Shown: positions 22,375-33,001 of the stretch, piece by piece
Numbering within the stretch: position 1 is the stretch's first letter
Layout of the letters: every line of letters begins with the position of its first letter
Origin: an uncultured Acidobacteriota bacterium
Lineage (GTDB): Bacteria; Acidobacteriota; UBA6911
Assembly (NCBI GenBank): GCA_963827655.1
Contig: CAWHCF010000038.1
Span: 96,001 to 160,000, forward strand
Reading direction: 5' to 3'
Length of the DNA stretch: 64,000 nucleotides
Translations under genes and position numbers: made by a program
Notes under the pieces: generated by a model
Told to the model about the DNA's origin: nothing
The model's database searches: none
Seen by the model: the letters and a program-made list of their open reading frames with translations, nothing else

Positions 22375-24200
22375 CCGGAGCCTTTTCTCGCGGCAGCGGG
22401 TTCCAGACTGAGGATTGCGACAGTCGAAAAAGGGCACCGGTAGTCTACTCTCTCCTCGTCATCGCCGGAGTCGGCCTGCAGATCGGTTTCCTGCGGCCTT
22501 CCCCAGCCTACGTGGGGAACGCCGGCGCCCGGGCGCAGGAAAAAACCGCCGCGGCGCCGATCTTCCGCGAAGTGGCCGCTCAAGTGGGACTCAATTTCCG
22601 TCATTTTACGGGAGCTACGGGCGAGTTTTACATGCCCGAAATCATGGGTTCAGGAGTCGCCCTGTTCGATTTTGATGGAGACGGCGACCTGGATGTGTAC
22701 CTGCCCCAGGGTACTCTGGTCGATACGACCAGGCGCCCTGCCGACGCCCTCTTTCCGCCACCCCCCGGTCAGCCGCGTGGCCATCGATTGTTCCGCAATG
22801 ATCTGAATCCTGGCGGAAAGCTTCACTTTGTGGACGTCACCAAGCAAGCGGGGGTCGAGCGCGAAAGTTACGGCATGGGGGGTGCGGTCGGGGACTACGA
22901 TAACGATGGCGATCTCGATCTCTACGTGACCAACTTCGGGTCCAATGTCCTTTATCGCAATAACGGCAATGGCACCTTCGCCGACGTCACGCGGGAAGCG
23001 GGAGTGGATGACGAGCGCTGGAGCTCGAGCGCAGCCTTCCTGGACTACGATCGCGACGGCGATCTCGACCTGTTTGTGGCGAACTACATCGACTTTACCA
23101 TCAAGGGAAACCGCAAATGCTTCGCGGCAACCGGGGAGCGAGACTACTGTACCCCCAGCATCTACCGGCCTGTTCCCAGCCGTCTATTCCGAAACGAAGG
23201 AGCCGGGAAGTTCGCGGACGTCACCGGGACAGCCGGCATCGGGAATGCCTTTGGCCCCGGATTGGGAGTCGTGTGCGCAGATTTCAACGGCGATGGCTGG
23301 CTGGACGTCTATGTCGCCAACGATGGCGCCGCGAACCTGTTATGGATCAACAAAGGGGACGGCACTTTCGAGGAATCGGCTCTCCTCTCCGGGGTCGCGT
23401 ACTCCGCCGACGGAGTGGCCCGGGCGGGCATGGGTGTCGGATGCGGCGACTTCGACAACGATGGCGATGAAGATGTTCTGGTTACGAACCTTCGAAGAGA
23501 AGGGAGTACGCTGTACCGAAACGACGGAAAGGGCCTCTTCCTTGACGCATCGGCCGAATTCGGGCTGGCCCACACCAGCTTTCTTTCGACCGGCTTTGGT
23601 ACCGGTTGGTTCGACTACGACCGCGATGGACGGCTGGACCTGTTTACGGCCAATGGCGCCGTGACGCTGCTCGAGACGCTCAAAGGAACCCCCTACCCGT
23701 TCGCACAACGCAACCAGCTTTTTCATAACGAAGGGGAGAACCGGAAGTTTGTGGAAACCACAGCGGCGGCAGGGCCGGCGCTGGCGCTGGTCGAGGTCGG
23801 ACGGGGAGCGGCCTTCGGCGACATCGATAACGACGGAGATGTCGATATTGTCGTGAGCAACAACAACGGCCCCGTGAGGCTGTTGCGCAACGAAGCCGGC
23901 TCCGGAAATCACTGGCTGGAAGTTCGTCTCGAGGGGATAAAAGATAACCGGAGCGGTCTGGGAGCGCGGGTGGCCGTTCTCCGAAAAGGGATGCCGGCAC
24001 TCTGGCGGCGATGCTCGACCGACGGCAGCTACCTGAGCGCAAGCGACGCCCGCGTCCATTTCGGACTGGGCAAGGTCGCGGCACTCGAGGCCGTGGAAGT
24101 CTACTGGCTCAACGGGGATCGCGAAGTCTGGAGGGACATCAAAGTCGATTCCAGCGTAACCCTCCGCCAGGGCTCCGGGAAACCGGTCACACCGCCGTAA
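22371..24200 (+). CDS. CRTAC1 family protein (FG-GAP plus ASPIC/UnbV), copy 3
   Basis: PEIMGSGVALFDFDGDGDLD, multiple DxDxDG repeats, GRGAAFGDIDNDG and GSYLS..HFGLG. Confidence 0.92.
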   Translation: MTGAFSRGSGFQTEDCDSRKRAPVVYSLLVIAGVGLQIGFLRPSPAYVGNAGARAQEKTAAAPIFREVAAQVGLNFRHFTGATGEFYMPEIMGSGVALFDFDGDGDLDVYLPQGTLVDTTRRPADALFPPPPGQPRGHRLFRNDLNPGGKLHFVDVTKQAGVERESYGMGGAVGDYDNDGDLDLYVTNFGSNVLYRNNGNGTFADVTREAGVDDERWSSSAAFLDYDRDGDLDLFVANYIDFTIKGNRKCFAATGERDYCTPSIYRPVPSRLFRNEGAGKFADVTGTAGIGNAFGPGLGVVCADFNGDGWLDVYVANDGAANLLWINKGDGTFEESALLSGVAYSADGVARAGMGVGCGDFDNDGDEDVLVTNLRREGSTLYRNDGKGLFLDASAEFGLAHTSFLSTGFGTGWFDYDRDGRLDLFTANGAVTLLETLKGTPYPFAQRNQLFHNEGENRKFVETTAAAGPALALVEVGRGAAFGDIDNDGDVDIVVSNNNGPVRLLRNEAGSGNHWLEVRLEGIKDNRSGLGARVAVLRKGMPALWRRCSTDGSYLSASDARVHFGLGKVAALEAVEVYWLNGDREVWRDIKVDSSVTLRQGSGKPVTPP

Positions 24201-24244
24201 CCAGCGAAGACTCGAAGACACCAAGAAACGCCGAAGTTTTACTG

Positions 24245-26365
24245 CTACCGCTCGGGCAGGGCGAAGCAGTAGTAGGCATCGCCAGATTTGGTCTCGGGCT
24301 TGCCCCCGCCGCCGGCCGCGATGACGACGTACTGGCGCCCGCGCACCTCGAACGTGGCCGGCGTGGCGTAACCCCCTGCATTCATCTGGTATTGCCAGAG
24401 CACTTGTCCGGTGTCGCTGTCGAAGGCGCGAAAGCGTTCGTCCATCGCGCCGCCGATGAAGACCAGTCCCCCTGCGGTCACGATCGGCCCGCCCATGTTG
24501 AAGGTTCCGGTCGGCGGGTACCCCTTGGCTTCGAGCTGGGGATAGGTTCCCAGCGGTACCTGCCACAGGATCGCTCCCTTGTTGAGGTCGATGGCGCTGA
24601 GGGTTCCCCAAGGGCGCTTGTTTGCCGGGAAACCCTTCGGGTCGCGAAACTCGTTGTGTCCCGTGGCGACATACGGCATGGACTCGAGCGACGGGAGGGT
24701 GTGCGGATCGACCATCTCCTCATCGCCGTCGCGGAATAGAAAGGCGAGAAGCGCTCGTCGTTCACCGCCGGACAAACCCGGGAAGGAAGGCATCAGGCCC
24801 CGCCCAGTCTGCAGCAGCGTCGTCACCTGTTCTCGCGTCAATCGGTCCCTTACGTTTCGTAGCGATTGCGGCCCGCCTCCGGTGGTTGGGCCCTCGGTCG
24901 TGCTGTGGCAGATCGAGCAGTTCGCGTGGAATACCAGGCTGCCCGCGTCACCGAGCCGAAGAGGCCGCCGCGAAGTCGAGGGGACCATCGAGATCCACTC
25001 CGCCTCGTTGCTCGTGTTCACGTAGAAGACCCCCGCCCGCGGGTTGAACGCGCCGCCGCCCCAATCGGTGCCGCCGTTGAACTGCGGCAGCGTCACTGCC
25101 GGATCCAATCCGGGTGGGAGGAACATGTCCCCGGTGCGCATCCCGCGAAGGCGCTCGAGCGCCCATGCGTGCGACTCGGGATCGAGGTCGGTTGCCTCCG
25201 CTGCCGTCAGTCGCTGCTGCGCGTAGGGCGGGGGCTTCACCGGGTAAGGTTGTGTGGGCCAGGTCTGCTCGCCGGGAAGCGTGGATTGCGGGACCGGGCG
25301 TTCCTCAATCGGAAACACCGGCTTCCCGGTCTCCCGCTCCAGGACGAACAGGTGTCCCATTTTCGTTGTCTGGACCAGGGCATCGATCGATCGATTATTG
25401 GGCCGGATCTTGACCAGAACGGGCGGACAGGGGAGATCGTAGTCCCAGAGGTCGTGGTGGACCGCCTGGAAATGCCACTTCAATTTCCCGGTCGCCGCGT
25501 CCAGCGCAAGGATGCAGTTGGCGTAGAGGTTCTTTCCGATGCGGTTGCCGCCGTAATGATCGTATGACGCCGAGCCCGTGCCGCAGAAGACGATCCCCCG
25601 CTTCTCGTCGAGGGTGAATCCCCCCCACGAGTTGGCTCCGCCCACGGTCTTCCAGGCATCGGGCGGCCACGTTTCGTGGCCCGGCTCGCCCGGACGCGGG
25701 ATCGTACGGAAGATCCACCTGCGCGCGCCCGTGCGGACGTCGAACGCTCGGATGTGGCCCGGGGCGGCGGGACTCGGGCCCTCGCCGACCTCGGATCCCA
25801 TGATCAAGAGATCACGGTAAACGATCCCCGGTGTGTTCGATCGAAAGTGAAGGTAGGAAACGTCCTGGTCGAGTCCCTCGCGCATATCAATGGAGCCGTC
25901 CTTGCCGAAGCTCGGCAGCGGCCGTCCCGTGCCGGGGTCGAGCGCGTAGAGGAAAGGCCCGGCGGAAAAGAACAGGCGTCTCTCGCGCCCCTGCTCCCAG
26001 TATGCAAAACCGCGATTGACGCCGGCTCTTGCGGTCGGCGCTACGAACTCCCAGATCTTCTGTCCCGTCGCCGCTTCGAGCGCGAAAACCTTGAGCGAGG
26101 GTGAGGTCAGGTACATCACGTCGCGGATCACGAGCGGATTACACTCGATGGTCGAGAGACGGCCGGCGATTTCCGGGGCGTGGAAGACCCACGCGGGCTG
26201 GAGTTGCCCGACGTTCGAACGGTTGATCTGGCTCAGCTCCGAATACTTGGTGCCGGCGAGGTCTCCGCCGTACACGGGCCACTGACGGGGTGCGACGGTG
26301 GACGCGCCGTAGGCCGCGAGGGAGAGCAGCCAGAGTATTACCCAAGATCGCGTAAGCCGGTTCAT
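24245..26365 (-). CDS. PQQ-dependent dehydrogenase with an inserted c-type cytochrome domain
   Basis: PQQ propeller motifs (HHDLWDYD, PWGTL, GGLVFIG) plus CSICH and distal GRGLMPSF between propeller segments. Confidence 0.9.
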   Translation of the reverse strand: MNRLTRSWVILWLLSLAAYGASTVAPRQWPVYGGDLAGTKYSELSQINRSNVGQLQPAWVFHAPEIAGRLSTIECNPLVIRDVMYLTSPSLKVFALEAATGQKIWEFVAPTARAGVNRGFAYWEQGRERRLFFSAGPFLYALDPGTGRPLPSFGKDGSIDMREGLDQDVSYLHFRSNTPGIVYRDLLIMGSEVGEGPSPAAPGHIRAFDVRTGARRWIFRTIPRPGEPGHETWPPDAWKTVGGANSWGGFTLDEKRGIVFCGTGSASYDHYGGNRIGKNLYANCILALDAATGKLKWHFQAVHHDLWDYDLPCPPVLVKIRPNNRSIDALVQTTKMGHLFVLERETGKPVFPIEERPVPQSTLPGEQTWPTQPYPVKPPPYAQQRLTAAEATDLDPESHAWALERLRGMRTGDMFLPPGLDPAVTLPQFNGGTDWGGGAFNPRAGVFYVNTSNEAEWISMVPSTSRRPLRLGDAGSLVFHANCSICHSTTEGPTTGGGPQSLRNVRDRLTREQVTTLLQTGRGLMPSFPGLSGGERRALLAFLFRDGDEEMVDPHTLPSLESMPYVATGHNEFRDPKGFPANKRPWGTLSAIDLNKGAILWQVPLGTYPQLEAKGYPPTGTFNMGGPIVTAGGLVFIGGAMDERFRAFDSDTGQVLWQYQMNAGGYATPATFEVRGRQYVVIAAGGGGKPETKSGDAYYCFALPER

Positions 26366-26410
26366 GTCAGGAATCGGAACAGCAGCGGTGATCAGATGCG
26401 TGCGAACAAG

Positions 26411-26439
26411 ATTTTAGAAAGCGATCAGGGAAGTGTCAA
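26411..26439 (-). promoter_or_regulatory. Sigma70-type promoter of the PQQ/cytochrome c gene
   Basis: TTGACA, 17-nt spacer, TAAAAT, ending about 45 nt upstream of ATG 26365. Confidence 0.7.
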
Positions 26440-26452
26440 GCAGAGGGACGTA

Positions 26453-26491
26453 GGGAGTCCCGGCACGAGGACAAATCGTGCCGGGACTCCC
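26453..26491. terminator. 16-bp GC-rich stem-loop downstream of the 26536 gene
   Basis: GGGAGTCCCGGCACGA-loop-TCGTGCCGGGACTCCC. No clear U-tract. Confidence 0.5.
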
Positions 26492-26535
26492 GGAGGCAGG
26501 CAGAGTCAGCCGCGTCCACAGTGAAAGCTTCTCAC

Positions 26536-27428
26536 TCAGGGGACGTTAGGCGCTTTCTCGGGAATGACCGGGACTGCGGTGATCAGGGGTCCGTTCTGTA
26601 CCAGTGCGACGACCACGAATGTCTGACCCGCCGTCGCCCCCTGGAGCACCATCGACCCCCTGAATGTGGTCCGAGCCGGGAGGAATCTCGTGCAGGAAGA
26701 TCGCGATCTGGCCATTTGCTGCAAGGGGTTCAGTTCAGCGGGCGTAATTGCAGCGTCCGCATCGTTCCAGTTCTCGTTCACGGTAGTCAGCCTGAGACTG
26801 ATAGCCGAAGCATTAGGGTTCGCGATGGCAAAGCCGACGAAGCGCGCTGCGGCAAGATCATTGTAGACCGGAATCGTGGCAGCCGAAATGAGGTTGCGAC
26901 GACAGAACACCGGCGGCCGTCGCTAATTGGTTTCCTACTGACTGTTGGAAGGTGGCTACGCCCGCGGCATTTCCGCCAATATTCTCATACCGGGCCCAGC
27001 CAGCCCTCAATGGATCGGTCGCCGAAACTGGATTGGCGATCAGTGTCCGGGTGCCGCCTGAGGGAACCGACACAGCCAGTGCAGAAGTAACCGTCCCATC
27101 GATATTGGCATTGATTGGCACTGCCGTTCGCCCCGGTAATGGTAAGAGTGCCATTGACAGTCGTAGCTCCAGTGTTCACGATCGAAAAGATCGTGTTCCA
27201 GCCTGCGCCCAGGGCCACTTGGCCGAAGTAGAGACTTGTGGTTGTTTCCGCCCCTATCGGACCGGGATCGGTAAGGTTGCTGAATGTAGGCTGCACCGTG
27301 CGCGTGTTTCCCAGGTAAAGTACCTCGTCACTCTGGGCGTACAGCGCGGGCGCCATTACGAAAAGAATCGCGACAAGAATCGCCGATTTTGCAAGTGTGA
27401 TGCTCGTAGGTCCTGAAGTCGAACGCAT
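26536..27428 (-). CDS. Secreted Thr/Ala-rich beta-strand hypothetical protein, frameshifted (at least 2)
   Basis: Signal peptide (..APALYAQ), YFGQVALGAGWNTIFSIVN, AGWARYE and GFAIANPN across three ORF pieces. Confidence 0.6.
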
Positions 27429-27616
27429 GCTAGCTCCCCCTCTTAGAACGGGCTCATCTTAGGAACGTCTGCACAGTATGGCTCAAAGAACCGGGGTGCA
27501 TCTTACATCCCACCCCTTGGTCGAGTCAACCTCATAAGCGCAAAGACGCCAAGACGACAATTTTCTTAGGCGCTTAGCGAAACGTTCAAACCAACATGTT
27601 GTCGTTCAGAAGGGGC

Positions 27617-27645
27617 CTTCGTTCGGGGCGAAGTCCCCGAACGAA
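27617..27645. terminator. Stem-loop downstream of the TMTC-like gene, flanked by family C repeats
   Basis: TTCGTTCGGGG-cgaagt-CCCCGAACGAA, flanked by GCGCAAAGACGCCAAG (~27540) and CTGGCGTCTTTGCG (~27660). Confidence 0.45.
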
Positions 27646-27683
27646 CCTTAGCGCCCTGGCGTCTTTGCGGTTGAAAAAACAGG

Positions 27684-29527
27684 TTAGGGTTTTGCGGTCA
27701 TCACCCGCCGGAGTTCTTCAATCCGTCCCTTGTAGCGTCCATCCCGGTCATTTGAAGCCAGCAGGCGCAGCTCTTCCTCGGCTTCCGCGAACCGTTTGTC
27801 GCCGACCAGGGCATAGGAGAGAAGATACCTGATCTCGAGAACATCCGGCTTCTCGGATTTCAGATTCTCGAGTAATACCCGGGCCGAGCCGTAGTCTTTC
27901 TGCTGGAGCTGAAGGGTGGCGACGGTCTGCCGCGCCGGCCAGTACTCCGGCTTCAGCCGGATTGTCTCCCGAAACTCAGCCATGGCTTCCGCCAGGTTTC
28001 CCTCAAGGATTGCCAGGTTCCCGAGATTATGATGCGCCTGCCAGTTTGAAGGATCGACCTTCAGGGCTGCGCGATAGTAGCGCCGGGCTGATTCGAATCG
28101 GCCTTCGGTCTGTTCCAGCCACCCCAGGTTGTACATGGCAGGAGCGTGATCGGGACGCAGCTCGAGGGTCCTCAGGAATTCGCTGCGGGCCCGGCCTCGA
28201 TCGACTCCCAGATAGGATACGCCAAGGTTGTAACGAACCCGGGCCTTACCCGGGGCTTTCATCACCGCGTCCGTCCAGAGGCGGACATTGTTCCCCCACA
28301 AGGAAAGTCCGCTTTTTCGATGCTGCGGCGTATCCCACCAGGAGAAAAAGCGCGCAGATCGCAAACGCGGCCTCGCGCCACCTGCTGGTCTTGAGAATGC
28401 TCCCCACGACAGCGATGAGCGCCAGAGCCAGGACAATCGAACCCGTGATCATGGGAAGGTAAAGCCTGTGTTCAAACATCAGATCCGCGCTGGGAATGAG
28501 AGAGGAGGTGGGGGCAAGGAATATAAAAAAGGCCAGAACCAGGAAAGAGGTCGAGGGCGACCAGGTCCGTAGCCTCACCGCCACGGCCAGCACGGTAATC
28601 AGAAGCAGCGCGCAGAACCAGAAATAGCTCGACCGGGGCGAGACGGCCATGAAATCATGGTCCACGGAGAGGCCTGCCGGCCAGAGCACGAGCCGCAAAT
28701 AAGTCACTAGAACGGTCACCTGGCTGGTCAGGTAGCGCAGCGGGCCGCTTTGCAGCAAGCCCACGGTACGATCTCCGATGCTATAGAGGTTGTAGAGAAT
28801 GTAAGCGGCGCCGCCAAGCGAAAGGGCGCCCAGCGCCACAAGAAACCGGCGGACGGCGGGCGAACTCCTGAGGGGCTTGGGTTCTTTCTGGTAGCACCAG
28901 CTATAGGTCAGCAGCACCAGGGGGAGGACCAGGGCGGATTCCTTGCTGGCTGCGGCAAGGATGAAAAGAAGGCCGGCAAGCAGAAGAAAGGGACCTCGAC
29001 GCCGCGGCTCGCTCCGACCAGACGAAGGCGCTGATCGCTGCGATGGTGAAAAAAGCGGCTAGTAGCGTGGAGCGTTGATAGATGTAATTAACGGCGTGGC
29101 TTTGAATCGGGTGCAACGCAAAAATGCCGGCAGCCGTGAACGGCAGCCAGCGCCGGATCATCATGTTCGACAAATCTGATTTGGCCGCACACAGGAGGCG
29201 AACCAGAAGATAGATGCCAAGCGCGTTCGCCAGGTGGACGATCAGGTTAAAGAGGTGATACCCCGCTGGATTCTTTCCCCCCAGCCGGTAATTCATGAAG
29301 AGGCTTAGATAAGTCAGCTGGCGGCTCTGTGAAGGTTTGAGGAGGAAGAGAGGATCGCCGGGTTCGGTCACCTGCGTGCTTGCCAGGAACAGGGCATCGT
29401 CAAAGTGAAACGGGTTTTTCAGGCAACCCCAGTAAGCCCACAGCGTCAGGACCAGGAGCGGCGCGATTTCCGCAGCGCGCCATATCGAGTGCGGATTGTA
29501 GGTTGCAAATTGCCGGTCGGTAGCCAA
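27684..29527 (-). CDS. TMTC-like GT-C membrane glycosyltransferase with C-terminal TPRs, frameshifted near 28990 and 28310
   Basis: NPFHFDD, GYHLFNLIVH, FALHPIQSHAVNYIYQR, KES, LSVDH and EHRLYLP, followed by TPRs. Confidence 0.82.
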
Positions 29528-29607
29528 CGCAGGACTCTTTCTCGGTTCCGGTCTTCGCGGTAGACGACAACAGCAGGATCGCCCCGAAGACGCCAGGACA
29601 ACAGGTT

Positions 29608-31407
29608 ATGCAGCAGCACAGACCGAAAATCAAGGCCGGAGGAGCGTCGCGAACGCCGGGAGTGTCACCGGTGCCGGCGATGTTTTCGCCGTCGCCGGGT
29701 CTTGCTTGTGCGGCTCTCGTGCTTGCGACCTTTCTTGCCTACGCCAATTCGATAGGCGGTGAATTCGTCTTTGACGACACTGTCATCATCCAGGGAAATA
29801 CAGCCATTCAAGGGTTGGACGGGGCCCACCTTAAAGAGATCTTCGGCGGGCATTACTGGAAGGCGGTAGAAAGGCAGGGTGGCCTGTACCGCCCTGTCGT
29901 CATGCTGACCTACGCTATCAATTATGCGGTGGACGGCGAAGATCCAGCGGGTTACCACCTTTTCAACGTGGTCCTGCACGCGCTCAACGGCATCCTGCTC
30001 TTCTTCCTGCTCGAGGAACTCTTCTCGCGGCGCCCTCTGTCGTTTTTGAGCGCGCTGCTCTTTATCCTGCACCCCATTCGCACCGAAGGAGTGGCATCTA
30101 TTGTAGGACGCGCGGAAAGCCTCTCAGCTTTCTTCATTCTGGCAGGTTGGTGGGCGTATGTTCGGCAGCGCAAAGAAGGCGGAGCCCGGTGGTTGGCGCT
30201 GTCATTAGTGTCGTTTCTCCTTGCTGTCCTTTGCAAAGAGAGCGCGTTCTCATTTATCGCCCTCCTCCCGCTTACCGATTTTTTGCTGGGCGGAGGCAAG
30301 ATTGGCGGATTGCGTCCGGCTCTGATCCGCTATGTCCCTTATGCCGCGCTCCTGGCGTTGACCCTCGCCCTTAGAGTGAAAATCCTGGGCGGCGTGATGC
30401 CTCTCTATATCAATCCTAGTTCGAATCCTCTGGTAAATGCCGGCGGCTGGTCCCGTTTCTTGACCGCGACCTGGGTTTTTGGACGCTACCTCTGGCTGCT
30501 GATTTTCCCGCTCCAGCTTTCGGCGGATTACTCATTCAATGCAATCCAGCCTGTGACCGGGCTTTTTTCGTGGCGTGCCCTGGTATCGCTGGCGGCCCTT
30601 GTCCTGCTTCTCCTCGGCACGGTGATTTCAGCGCGCCGGGCTCCGGTTTTCTTCTTCTGCGGCTTCGTTTTTTTCTCTTCTTTCGTCCTGACCTCAAACT
30701 GGTTGCGTCCGATCGGAACGATCATGGCGGAGCGGCTCCTCTATTTCCCGTCCCTGGGGTTTACCTGCGCCCTGGCGTTTCTCCTGTGCGAAGGCTTCGA
30801 ACGGACCCGATGGCGAACTCTCGCCCGGGTGGGTTCGCTGGTTCTCATCCTGGGGTACACCGTCAGGACCCTGGATCGCAATTTCGATTGGAAGGACCAC
30901 TACGCTCTTTTTGGCAGTGCGGTCCGAGCTTCGCCCAACAGTTCGCTGGCCCAGGCGAACTATGCCTCGATCTTGTTGAATGTGAAGAACGATGCGCGTG
31001 GGGCGATCGAGCACGCCCTCGAGGCCATCAGAATTTTGCCGGAAGATCCTGCGGCGCACTATACCCTGGGTGAAGCATATATGCGGGTCGGTGAGCGAGA
31101 GCGCGCGGCGGAAGCTTTCCAGGCAGTGGCGCAGCTGGCGCCGCGCACCTCGGGCGGGGTTTCGGCCCTGCGAAGGCTGGCGAGCATCCGGGAGGCGCAG
31201 GGTGATACGAGCGCCGCTATTTCGGATAACGAGAGACTTCTCGAGTGGCGGCCGGCGGATATTTCGTCATACCTGGCTCTGGGGCGCCTTTACGGGAAGG
31301 TGGGACGTTGGGATCGCGTGAAAGAGAGCCTGGAAAAGGCCAGGCAACTGGCGCCTCAAGACCCGGCCGTGATCCAGGCCTGGCAGAAATTCTCGCGCGG
31401 GCTGTGA
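29608..31407 (+). CDS. TMTC-like (DUF1736) GT-C glycosyltransferase with C-terminal TPRs
   Basis: FVFDD, YRP, YHLFNVVLH, LHPIRTEGVASIVGRAE, CKES, LSADYS and AERLLYFPS, followed by TPRs. Confidence 0.9.
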   Translation: MQQHRPKIKAGGASRTPGVSPVPAMFSPSPGLACAALVLATFLAYANSIGGEFVFDDTVIIQGNTAIQGLDGAHLKEIFGGHYWKAVERQGGLYRPVVMLTYAINYAVDGEDPAGYHLFNVVLHALNGILLFFLLEELFSRRPLSFLSALLFILHPIRTEGVASIVGRAESLSAFFILAGWWAYVRQRKEGGARWLALSLVSFLLAVLCKESAFSFIALLPLTDFLLGGGKIGGLRPALIRYVPYAALLALTLALRVKILGGVMPLYINPSSNPLVNAGGWSRFLTATWVFGRYLWLLIFPLQLSADYSFNAIQPVTGLFSWRALVSLAALVLLLLGTVISARRAPVFFFCGFVFFSSFVLTSNWLRPIGTIMAERLLYFPSLGFTCALAFLLCEGFERTRWRTLARVGSLVLILGYTVRTLDRNFDWKDHYALFGSAVRASPNSSLAQANYASILLNVKNDARGAIEHALEAIRILPEDPAAHYTLGEAYMRVGERERAAEAFQAVAQLAPRTSGGVSALRRLASIREAQGDTSAAISDNERLLEWRPADISSYLALGRLYGKVGRWDRVKESLEKARQLAPQDPAVIQAWQKFSRGL

Positions 31408-31409
31408 TT

Positions 31410-33001
31410 CTACTGGTGTAACTCCTTCCTCAACCGATCCACGGAGCGTCGTGTCTCAGCCAAGTCCTTCTGCCACTGTGTGTTGGTGGGGTCGTGTGCA
31501 GCTAGCCGCTCCGCGATGGCAAGGTCGTCCTCGAATTCGCGTAGTGCGTCCGCCAGCCGGCCCCAGGCTTCGTAGACCCGCCCGACGCAGTTGTGCGACA
31601 CCGACAGGTCGCGCTGCCAGCGTGTGTTGTCCGGGTCGCGCTGTGCGAGCCACATTATGATTTGCTTATAGGCCTCGAATTCATTCAGCGCCTCGGCCAG
31701 CCGGCCCTGAACTTCGTAAACGCGACCGACGCTGTAGTGCGACACCGACAGGATGCGCTGCCAATTTGCGTTGTCCGGGTCGCGCTGTGTGAGCCGCAGC
31801 ATGATCTGCTTGTAGGCCTGGAATTCGCTAAGCGCCTCGGGCAGGCGTCCCTGGGCCTTGTAAACGTTCCCCACGGAGTAGTGCGACATCGACAGGTAAC
31901 GCTGCCAGACGGTATTGTCGGGGTCGTGCTGGGTAAGCCGCAACATGATCTGCTTGTCGGCCTGGAATTCGCTAAGCGCCTCGGGCAGGCGTCCCTGCCT
32001 TTCGTAGACGTTCCCGACGCGGTAGTGCGACACCGACAGGTCGCATTGCCAGGAAGGTGTTGTCCGGGTCGCGCTGTGTGAGCCGCAGCCTGATCTGCTT
32101 GGCGGCCTCGAATTCGCGGAGCGCCTCCGCCAGTCGGCCCTGGGCTTCGGAGATGGAGCCGACGCAGTCGTGCGCTGATGACAGTTGCCGTTGCCAGTCG
32201 GTGTTGTCCGGGTCGCGCTGTGTAAAGCGTTTCGCAACTTGCTCGAAGGCATGATATTGGTCCAGCGCCCCAACCAGATTTCCCTTTTCCCTAAGGATGT
32301 CTCCCAATTGGGCACGGGCGTCCATTTCACCCGGCTCGTCTTGAAGTTCATGAAACAGCTTTACTGCTTCTTGTGCCAATTCCTCAGCTTTTTGGAGGGG
32401 AAGGCCGCCATGACGAATCAAGCCAACGCAGACCAGGGACTGAGCGCGAGCCAAGCGAGCCAATTGATCGGTGCCAATCAACTCTTGAAGCGCCACACCG
32501 AGCGCCTGCAATGGCTCATAGCGTCCCGCCTCGTGCCACTCCCTCCAGAGTCGAACCAATTCGTCCGCGGCTTGGTCCGGCGCAGCCACCAACCGGTGAT
32601 AAATTGCCTCGACACGCTGGTGGGGCTCCTCCCCTCCGAAACATCTCCTGGCTCGCGTCGGAGAGTTCGCGAAGCCGGTTGTGCGGTTCTCGCGCCATTT
32701 CAGCTCGCAATACTCGTCGTGTGGCTTCGTGGACGTTACAGCCACCGCGCGCAGAGAATGCGTTCTACCATCGGCAGCTCGTTCGGAGCTTTTCCACCCA
32801 GGCGCTGGCGGCTGCCTCGTCAGTTTCCATCAGGGCAGCAAGGATCTTGGGGGTAAACCAGTGTGGCACCGAGGCGGCTTCGAGGGCTGGGCGGAGTCCG
32901 GGTTCATGGGCGGCCAGCACGATGTCCACCGTGGCCAAGGTAAGCTTCTGTGGGTCGCCCTGTGCGGCTTGAAGTCTCGTGATGGCGTCTTCAAAATTCA
33001 T
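31410..33001 (-). CDS. Winged-helix plus TPR-array protein (sensor half of a split STAND/NLR-like system), several frameshifts
   Basis: N-terminal AASVPHWF..LPMVE..NVHE..LR (WHD/MHD-like), then EAIYHRL, then about six 48-aa repeats of the form RDPDNTxWQRxLSVSH..VG.VY..QG. Confidence 0.72.
31480..32230 (-). repeat. Intragenic 144-bp tandem repeats (48-aa TPR-like units)
   Basis: The DPDN-coding motif recurs at 31485, 31629, 31773, 31917, 32062 and 32206 (spacing 144, 144, 144, 145, 144). Confidence 0.9.

Noticed and set aside
31480-32230. Regular repeats as a possible CRISPR array or DGR target
   Set aside because: The units are 144-bp in-frame coding repeats without unique spacers. No cas or reverse transcriptase gene is in the window.
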